Part shown: one piece after another, positions 54,690 through 64,000 of the stretch
Layout: every line of letters begins with the position of its first letter
How positions within the stretch are numbered: position 1 is the first letter of the stretch
Origin: Octopus vulgaris
Lineage: Eukaryota
Assembly (NCBI GenBank): GCA_951406725.2
Contig: OX597815.1
Coordinates: forward strand, 22,568,001-22,632,000
Direction: 5' to 3'
Length of the DNA stretch: 64,000 nucleotides
The notes under the pieces: model-generated
The model's input: only the letters and a program-made list of their open reading frames with translations
Databases searched by the model: none
What the model was told of the DNA's origin: nothing
Translations under genes and position numbers: made by a program

Positions 54690-54736
54690 CTGGCATTCTG
54701 GAGTTTTCGAGGCATGCAGCCACGTCTTCAGGCCAG
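54690..54736 (-). ncRNA. Degenerate hammerhead-like motif
   Basis: Minus strand: CTGGC CTGAAGA CGTGGC-TGCAT-GCCTC GAAA ACTCCAGAAT GCCAG. Stems I and II are present; stem III and the UH site are non-canonical. Confidence 0.35.
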
Positions 54737-55256
54737 TCAAACTTGGTGAAAAGACACGCCTCTTTGTCGAAAGGGTAAGCATTCCTCTTCATGTCATGTG
54801 TCTGAGTAGAATCTCGGTCTTCTTAGTGAGTTGCTTTGTGTCGACAATTCTAGTCGGCAGGGCGGTATTCTTTAGCAAGTTGATCACTATTTTTTGTAGA
54901 TTTTTGATGTTTCTGCCAAGCATTTTGTGACACATCACTACTTCAATTAGCCATCTAGAGGTACATAATTACGAAATAAGAACCTTAGATAATTTCTGTA
55001 GTAAGCAAACAATTGCGAACATCTAGGTAATATTACAATTTTGAAATAATATCATAATTTCTCACTTAGAAAAAAAAAACAGATTTCAGTGCATATTTTT
55101 ATGAAAAGTTAGCATGAGCAAGGCTCGATCTTTCTTTCAAGTTTACACGTACATAATTTGTTTGTTTTTTTATAAAAAAAAAACTGATGAGATGCCTGTG
55201 ACAAACATTTCTTATATTTCGACAGACGGGATTTTATATATATATATATATATATA

Positions 55257-56172
55257 TCAGGTCACCCCATAAGTTCAGTCTGATTTTACCTTTATTAAAA
55301 TTGAATGAAGTTTAATAGTATTTTAGAATGTCTAATGGAATAAAAAATTATTTTTATGAATTTGTGTACATTTAAACTAATTAAATATTATTTTACAGAA
55401 TAAAACCCTTTCTAACATGGAAGTATCCCATGAGCATTTAAGGCACATAATGCTTTATGAGTACAAAAAAGGAAACTCTGTAGCCGAAGCGACTCGAAAC
55501 ATACACTCTGTTTATGGGAAAGAATGCTTGATCGAAATAACTTGCAGAAGATGGCTTGCAAATTTCAGAAGTGGAGATTTCAGCCTTGAAGATGAAAACC
55601 GAACAGGACGTCCAGTTGAGTTTGATAAACTCCTTGAGGCATTACTTGAAGATAATCCTGCATTATCACTTACAGAATTGGCAATAAAGCTTAGTTCAAA
55701 CTATACAACTGTTCATCGTCATCTTCAACAACTTGGAAGTGTTCCTAAACTTGGAAAATGGGTGCCTCGTAAATTGTCCGAAAGCAACCGCAAATCCCGA
55801 GTTGACAGCTGCTCTTCTCTCGCGAACTCATTTCACCATTTTGGGATAGATTTGTGACCGGTGACGAAAAAATGGATCTACTATCGAAATGTTAAACGTA
55901 GTAAACAGTAGCTCGGTAAAAGGGGAAAAGCTCAACCACAACCGAGAATGGAACTTCACGGAAAAAAGGTTCTTCTCTCTATCTGGTGGGATTGTAAAAG
56001 AGTAATTCACTTTGAATTGTTACCACCTGATGCAATGATCAATGCTCAAGTCTACTGTTAACAATTAGAGCATTTGAACCAAGCGTTGAAGAAAAAAAGA
56101 CCCGCTTTAGTGAATTGAAAAAGAGTGAGGTTTCATTAAGATAATGCGCGACCCCACGCTGCAAAGATCACA
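55257..56172 (+). mobile_element. 3'-truncated mariner transposon
   Basis: A TIR-like tcaggtcaccccataagttc follows (TA)n. The transposase from 55417 reads MEVSHEHLRHIMLYEYKKG..WVPRKL, VTGDEKWIYY, SIWWDCK and DNARPH, then stops at a LINE junction. Confidence 0.9.
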
Positions 56173-57034
56173 TCTACCCTTGCTATGCAGACGATACAAA
56201 AGTCTTTCAGAGGATACAAGACCCTGGAGACGTTGTGCATCTGCAACGTGAGTTGGACACAATATACAGGTGGGTTGAGGAAACTATCATGCAGTTTAAG
56301 GCTGGAAAATTCCAAGCCCTGTGCTACCAACACAGGAAGCTCAAGGAAAAGCAAATAGGATACACTGGCCCAGAAGGGATTTCAATCCCTGTATCAAAAT
56401 CAGTACGAGACCTGGGTTTCGACATGAATAATGATGCGTCTTTACAGGTGTAAATTACTAGGCTGGCAATAAAATGCAGACATCTGGACAGGTGGATCCT
56501 TCGAACTTTCAAAACAAAAGAAAATGAAACGATGATGATCCTCTGGAGGACTTTCGTTCTCAGCTGTCTGGATTATAGCTCCCAACTGCGGTCACCAGTA
56601 TAAAATTGACGCCGGAACTCGAGGCGATCCAATCAAGCTACACAAGGAAGATCGATGCGTCATATCAGCTACTGGTAGAGACTGAAATAGTTAAGACTCT
56701 ACTCCTTGGTGCGAAAGCGGGAAAGATATGCAAGAATATACATCTGGGAAATCCTAGAAAAACTTGTTCCAAACTTTGGCATTGTCAGTTACACAAGCAG
56801 CAGGATGGGACGCTACTGCATGGTACCAAAGGTCCCAACAATGTCATCAGGATACAGAACCAGATACTTGGTGCGAAAGCGGGAAAGATATGCAAGAATA
56901 TACATCTGGGAAATCCTAGAAAAACTTGTTCCAAACTTTGGCATTGTCAGTTACACAAGCAGCAGGATGGGACGCTACTGCATGGTACCAAAGGTCCCAA
57001 CAATGTCATCAGGATACAGAACCAGATACTTGGT
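56173..57034 (+). mobile_element. CR1-like LINE RT/C-terminal fragment with a 162-bp tandem duplication
   Basis: YADDTKV..HLQRELDTIYRW..MQFKAGKFQALCY, VRDLG, WILRTF, LDYSSQL and RERYARIYIWEILEKLVPN. Confidence 0.85.
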
Positions 57035-58772
57035 TTCCAATATTCAGGAGACTGGGAACCTCTTCGAAAACTTGCATTCCCGCTTTGATCTGACCACAAA
57101 CGAAGGCGAAGATCCTTGCACAGAGAGCCCCCGACCAAACTCCCCCTGAAAAGAGTGACATAAGGCTATGTGGCATTGTCCTGGAACCATGAAGGCTTTT
57201 CCATACCTCGGACACTACATTTTCAGCGATTGCAACATTCAGAAAGATACAATATATGTATACAATATAATATATGTATACAATATAAAATATTTGTAAT
57301 ATATACATACATACGCATACACACTTAGACATAGACATATGCACACACAATTTGTTTATTGGCGCCCATTGTCGATGCATGCATGGTTTACATTCTATTT
57401 CTTGATGTCTGCATAACTTAGCAAAATATTTCCAACCAACTGTACGAGGAACCTAGTCAATTAACCTCTAAACAAATATAGCAATGCCAGATACTGAAAT
57501 TCCATTGCTATCAGATCTCTAAAGTGGGCACGAGTTTTCTCAATCAAGAAATATCTCTGGATTGTTTAATTCATTTAACGCCAGTAAGGTCTAGGGTGTG
57601 GATCTTTGTAAGAATTTTGTGACAAAGTAAAGTTTTGGGACAATGTAAAAGTGTACAGATACTTTCTGTTGGTGTTGAAGAGATAAGTGTGGCTTTGATG
57701 AATGTAGTTTTATAGCTTTTCAAATCCTAATTTATTTTGTTTTGATAGTAAAATCGATTCTTTCAACGTATCGCGCGGCGGGTTTTTTGGGGGTTTTTTT
57801 CTTTGCAAGGTATTAGCAAAGTTAGTTTGAAACGATCACATTTTGAGACAGTTTGGCTGCACTGAACTGAAATATCCTATGGTGTTCGCTCCGAGTTATT
57901 TACTTTCCTTTATGCTTGGCTGACTTTATCTTTCATCTACAAAATTATACGTAGAGGACAAAGTTATTGAGGTATTATAATCGGTTAAAAACTCTGAAAA
58001 TCGTACCCCATTTTAACTAAAGACCAATGACTGAAAACACTAAAGAATAAACGAGTAATTACCTTGCTGACACCACGAAGATGAGTAACTAAAGCATTCA
58101 CAGTTTGAGTTAGAATTCAGAAATAATATGTATCCACCGATAATGTACAGTTGATTAATGCAAAATATACTACTCTTGTGAGTGATTCTTCTGAGAATAC
58201 CATAGTTTCTAGAAGAGAGAGTGACTATTGGTCGTGCGAGTAAAATATTGTCAGGGGTATGAAGAAATGTGTGGCTATGGAAGATATATTTGTCACACTC
58301 ATTGTTTAGGCAATGGCAGCAGATTATTCATGAGTTTAAGTTGCAATCGACAACATTATAGATGTGGAAATGAATGTTACTGAAGATTTTTACATTCGAC
58401 CGTCACTATGAAAGTGCACAACTGCTGAAATGAGAGGCAAACTATCTGAGCAATTTTTAGATAATTTATAGATATGACATTTTATTATAATGTTATAGTA
58501 CTCTAGAGACTGTAATTGTGTACAATATAAACACAATAGATTTTTTTTCTACGTATGATAGCAATATTGTTATGTTGCTATTCAGTTCATTAAGATTAAT
58601 GTATTTCGATATTCTGATCTCTAAGGAAATTTTATGAAAAGAAATAAGAAACAAGCTTTAGCTTATCAGATTAACTTTTCCAAGCCGCAATCAAAATCTA
58701 CTATCTTGACTCATAAATGAAAACGTGTCGGCTCTAAATGATTATTAAATATTTCGTTGGTGAGCTAAACTA

Positions 58773-60032
58773 TTGGGTTGTCCGGAAAGTTCGTGCGGAT
58801 TTTTAATGGAAAGAAAATGGCCAATAAATACTTTACTTACCATTACATTTTTAATCAACTATATATAAACCATTTTGTTGCAGAATGCGACTCCATCTTT
58901 CCTTTAACTTGAAAATACCCTCTTCCCAGAATTGAGGTGGTTCCATGGCAAAGGATTCATCAAGGCATCTTTTTGCGTCATCCAAGGAATTGAAATTTTT
59001 ACCATTAAGACTGTTCTGCAGAGACCTGAATAAGTGGAAATCCGAAGGAGCAATATCTGGTGAAAATGGAGGGTGGGGTAACACATCCCAGCCGAGCTGC
59101 AGCAATGTTTGTCTGGTTCCCAAAGAAACGTGCGGTCTTGCATTATCATGTTGAAAACAACACCCTTCCTGTTGGCCAATTCTGAAAGTTTCTCTTTGCT
59201 GCTTTTAACTCGCCCAGTTGTGTGCAGTATTTCTCAGAATTAATTGTCTGGTTACTTGGGAGAAGCTCATAGTACAGAATTCCTTTCCAATCCCACCAGA
59301 CAGAAAGCAAGATTTTTTTAGGGTAAAGAGGCTCATGTCGCTTATTCCTGGATCACTTTCTCTGAACATTTTGGTAGATAATCCATTTCTCATCACCTGT
59401 CACAATTTGCTTTAAAAAAGGAGCGTTTTCATTCCGTTTGTAAAGCGAATCACAGATGGAAATGCGATCCAAAAGGTTCTTCTCACTCAACTCATGTGGT
59501 ACCCAAACATCGTAGTGGTTTGTGTACCCAAGCTTTACCAGGTGCTCATGAACGACAGATTTTGATAGTTTGGGGCTTTCTACCAATTCTCGGGTTGTGC
59601 AATGTGGGTTATTCTCAATTAATGACTTGATTTGTTCATCATCTGTAGTGGATGGTCTGCCTGATCGCTCTTTATCAATAAGACTACAGTCTCCAGTTCG
59701 GAACCATGCGAACCACTACCCTACAGTTCTTTCGGATAAAGAAACATCACCGTAAACTGCGCATATTACTTTGGTTGCTTGTGAGACATTTTTCCCTTTA
59801 CGGAAAAAGAAAAGCATCAAGTGCCAAAAATCAACTTTCTTATCTTCCATTTTAAAGGGTTACAGAATTAACACAGGTTATAGGAACATAAACCATCGTC
59901 CACGAAAAGTTAGCTTACACTGTGCTCTAAATGGAGGTGTAGTCAAATCCTATTTTATGGACTCAACCATGTTCTAAGATAAGTCGAAAGGTAAGCTACT
60001 ATAAATCGGCACGAACTTTCCGGACAACCCAA
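58773..60032 (-). mobile_element. Full-length defective mariner (mellifera-subfamily-like)
   Basis: TIRs ttgggttgtccggaaagttcgtgc / gcacgaactttccggacaacccaa with TA flanks. The ORF from 59850 to 58851 has WVPHEL, VTGDEKW and [20 protein letters not shown], with several frameshifts. Confidence 0.95.
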
Positions 60033-61323
60033 TACATAAGTAAATATTGTTTAATATGATTTCACTAAAACGAGGTAATTCTGCCAAAAGAAAATTCGAC
60101 TGAGCGGAAGAGTTTCTCGGGGATTTAACGACCATATCATTAAAGGAAGATCACATCGATTTATAATCGTCACAAACGTTTCTGGGCGTGCTTTCTTTCC
60201 GAAGTATAAGCAGTTTCAAAAATATTATATAATATCAAGTGATTCTAAATTTTATGTATGACTTGGTGGGATTAAAGCTCTGTAAATATTTAGACTGCTC
60301 AATGCAATTCTTTACCTTGAGGTACATCAAAGAATTTTCAAAATGTTCAATTTTCACTGATAAATCAGTAAAGTGACCCACCAACACTGACAAACGAGTA
60401 CATAGATTCACTCTATTCTGTTGATTATTATGGTATCAGGACGAAAATGAACACCAATATCTACGTGCATTTCAAAGACTACATTTTCGAATTCAGTGAA
60501 TTTAATTCATTCAATCTTAAACCTTCAAAATTCAGTGGATAAAAGAGATTGCAAACCGCTCCATGAGACCAAATGTGTCACATTAGTAGATACAATCCTT
60601 CGAATAGATTTATAAGCTTTAGTAGAATATCTTGTGTACGAATACTATAGTTTATCACTCTGTTTTTCGGGATTAAAGGAAACTACATAAGGTTTGAGTA
60701 GATATCTAGTTCGCACTAAATACCTACTCATACATAACAGAATAGCTGAAAAAAAAAGTATCAAATCTTGACTTTTAATAAGTAAGAAAATACTTTCCTC
60801 TGGGATATCGCGATACTTCCTGTTAACATAGTGACTGCCCGAGATGAAAGAAACATAACATTCATCTTGATATTCAAAACAGAAAATTTTCATTGAAGGA
60901 GTTGAATAGGTATCAAAGCAACAGAAAATTAGATATAAATACTTAATCCACAGGTTATGAAACAAGAAATAATCTTAATAATGATTCAGTCCCTGGATAA
61001 AAGGATAAATATGATGACTATTTTTCTTCCATTGTTTTGCAAGACATTAGTTTCCTTTATAGCTAATTCAGATTTTACAATTCCGGAACTTTGGACTTTC
61101 ATATTATAATTGTCATTTTTCACTACTTGAAAGTGGATTTTACAGAAATTTGTAAGCACTTTCATTTATAATCTTTCTTTCTTTGACATAGAATATGTTT
61201 TGTTTATAGCCTTCATTCATGCTGACTCTGTCTAATCTTCCAGGTATGTATCATTCACACATTTTGTGGCAAATTCTCAGCATATGTATAAATCTTGGAA
61301 ATAATCCAACGGAAAGTTGTTGC

Positions 61324-61360
<37 letters not shown>

Positions 61361-62189
61361 ATTAAAACTGCTTTCCACATAAACAACTCAAACTGTTCTG
61401 TTGTATCTCACGATGCACATTTCTGGTGGAGAAAGTGTAGACCCGTCGACCGTAAATTACTTCTCTGTATAAAAGAGTAAAATAATGGAATATGATTGGC
61501 TTGGTTAATGTATACATGCATGTCTGAACGCGTCTTTCTGTATCTTTTATTTGTGCGAACACATTCGTGTGCAAGAGGGTTGTATATAAGATTATTGTGT
61601 TGGTAAATGAAACAACGCAGATATAAGAAACTAATACTGTAAATAGAAATTAATACTGTTCCTTAAGAATAAGCAACAACAAGGGGAAACAAATCAAAAG
61701 AATGCAACACTATGAGTAAAACTGGCCTTGAATAGTTCCAAAGAATACTGATAATCAAATATAAGTTTATATGCTAATATAGCAATGCATCGCACTTCCA
61801 TACGATGTATAATCAAAGATCGGTTCTAAAACCATAAGATATATTAAGTTATAGTAGAGATGTTATGCCTACTCTATTTCAAAATGCATTGTTTGTAAGC
61901 CAATACCTATTAATATATGCATAAACTTTCAGCAATTACTTTTACATGCGCTTCATGCTGCTTTAGATTTCCCCTCTGGTATATCGAATGAAGATACGAT
62001 ACCAACGTCTAGTTATAAAGAAAAAGGCAATTATTCATGAGACGTATTTGAAACTGTACTCAAAATAACCATTGCAAAAAATATTGCTACACTTTCGAAA
62101 AGCAAAATTGTAAATGATCGGGTATATAATAGTTAGAGTATTGGTTTACACACACACACTCACATACATACATACATACATACATACAT

Positions 62190-62248
<59 letters not shown>

Positions 62249-62251
<3 letters not shown>

Positions 62252-63235
62252 GGTTATTTTGAAAGAATGAACCGATTTCATTACGCAATATTTTAATAAG
62301 AAAAAACAATAGAAAACTCCAAAATTATTTACTTACAATCAACTTTTATTTCCTGTCTTAAAAATGTTCATTGTCGCCTCCACCTGCAGCACAGGCAATC
62401 TCAATGCGGTAAGAGAATTCCTCCCAGATCGTATCAGCCTATCACGATCCACTGAGTTGATCGCTGTTGTTATTCGATGTTTAAGGTCATCGAGGTTAGT
62501 GGGTAGCGGTGGAGTTTTCTAAGTTTTGAATGGCTGCCACAGGGGCACTGCAGTCGTGTCATTCTTCCGGCAACTTTAAGTTGTTTGTTTACACTCAGAA
62601 TGGCGAGTCCTCAGTATTTGTGGAACAGAGCACCCACATAGAGCACCACAGTTGAGCATGAAAGACATCCCACTAATGTGAACATCTTCTTTACTGTATC
62701 TCAGGACAAGGTTTATAGTCCCTTTTTCTTTGAATAAAACACTGTTACAGGACAAACCTATCTCGATATGTTCCAAAACTGGCTCTTCACTTCACTGCTG
62801 GCAGATTTGCAAGATGGCGTACCGCCCCACTGGCACCTGATGGTTCGAGCTTTTTTAAATGAAAAAGTGCTCAAGCGATGGATTGGTCGGAAAGGGGCCC
62901 AAGACCTTGCTCTTTGTGCTTGGCCTGCGAGATCCCCAAACCTCACCGTGTGTGATTTTTTCTTGTGGGTATATGTAAAAGTTCCACTGCTACCCGCTAA
63001 CATCGATGACCTTAAACATCGAATATCAACAGCGATCAATTCACTAGATCGTGATAGGCTGATACGCGTCTGGGAAGAATTCTCTATTCGCATTGATGTT
63101 GCCCGTGCTGCAGATGGAAGCCACAGGAAATAAAAGTTGATTCTGAGTAGATACTTGTGACTTAACTGGGGTTTTCTATTGCTTTTCTTTATTAAAATAT
63201 TGCGTAATGAAATCGGTTCATTCTTTTTGAATAAC

Positions 63236-63239
<4 letters not shown>
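62249..63239 (+). mobile_element. rosa/DD41D-type Tc1/mariner deletion derivative with ~270-bp inverted arms
   Basis: Ends cagggttattttgaaagaatgaaccgatttc / gaaatcggttcattctttttgaataaccctg. The 62768-63133 ORF reads QDGVPPHW..RWIGR..WPARSPNLTVCDFFLW.YVK. Confidence 0.9.
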
Positions 63240-63302
<63 letters not shown>

Positions 63303-63649
63303 ATTTGGTATGATACAAGATCATACATTTTAATTTAATGTTGTTTGCATTGCGTATACCGATTATTTTTCTTCAACCGCCAAGCTTCTGCAGTACCAGA
63401 GAATAAGGTGCGAATTTCGTTTGGGCAGGTGACAATCGGATGCACAGCATTGACAAACCTCAAGAAGAGCGTAACGTGTTTGTCATTCTCGTGAGTCACT
63501 GCAGCGACGATATTCGTCTCGCACCGGTATGTATTGCGCTTTTAATGCAACAAGTCTATAAAAATATTTTATCTCAAACAATTCCACACCATTTTGTCTT
63601 CTAACCCTATTTTTGCACTTATATATGTATGTATATATATATATATATA

Positions 63650-63996
63650 TCCACACATGCCAGCTTAATTTTTATTTCGTCTTTAATCGAAAGACACCTG
63701 TCGTTTGTATTTGTAATTGTGTACCATTTCTCCGTTTTTTTCTTTTCGTATACGTTCCCTTGCTTTCTTCCAAAGAATATAGTACTCTTCGCTTAGATTT
63801 CCGTGGGGCCGGCCAGATTAGAGCAGTCTCGAGATTAACCGACCGAAACTGCAAAGACGATCTGCTTCCCGACTGAAGATTGAACGCTCCGAATGTCCCG
63901 TCCTTGTTTTTTTCCTGTCCCTTTCTGTATCACCTACTGTCCGAATGTTTAGTTGTTGTCTGTTACGTTCTTGTTCCATTTTTGCTTTGATTTCAT
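63650..63996. repeat. Unclassified interspersed repeat between (TA) runs, possibly Penelope-LTR-like
   Basis: A pyrimidine-rich block bounded by TA repeats, with the same setting as 11605-11785. No clean ribozyme core found. Confidence 0.3.
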
Positions 63997-64000
63997 ATAT

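Overview
This is repeat-saturated, AT-rich eukaryotic intergenic or intronic DNA. The tRNA-derived SINE families and dense di-, tri- and tetranucleotide microsatellites resemble an octopus (cephalopod) genome; that is an inference from recalled repeat families, not a database result. I can support no intact host protein-coding gene, rRNA, true tRNA or CRISPR array. Almost every ORF in the track is a microsatellite read-through, a SINE frame or a broken transposon. Decayed mobile elements present: one RTE LINE, four Dong/R4-type (restriction-like endonuclease) non-LTR fragments, CR1-like LINE fragments, a Ty3/gypsy pol remnant with a probable 3' LTR, two full-length and one truncated mariner, a rosa/DD41D-type derivative with ~270-bp inverted arms, a small MITE, a Penelope-like protein remnant and at least four SINE families. 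The most interesting signals are (1) a set of minus-strand hammerhead-ribozyme-like motifs, one near-canonical at 17607-17703 and three variant or degenerate, mostly beside (TA)n tracts, (2) a ~1.3-kb CpG-free block beginning inside the best hammerhead, and (3) the long-inverted-repeat transposon derivative. Coordinates were read by eye, and the edges of old elements are approximate.
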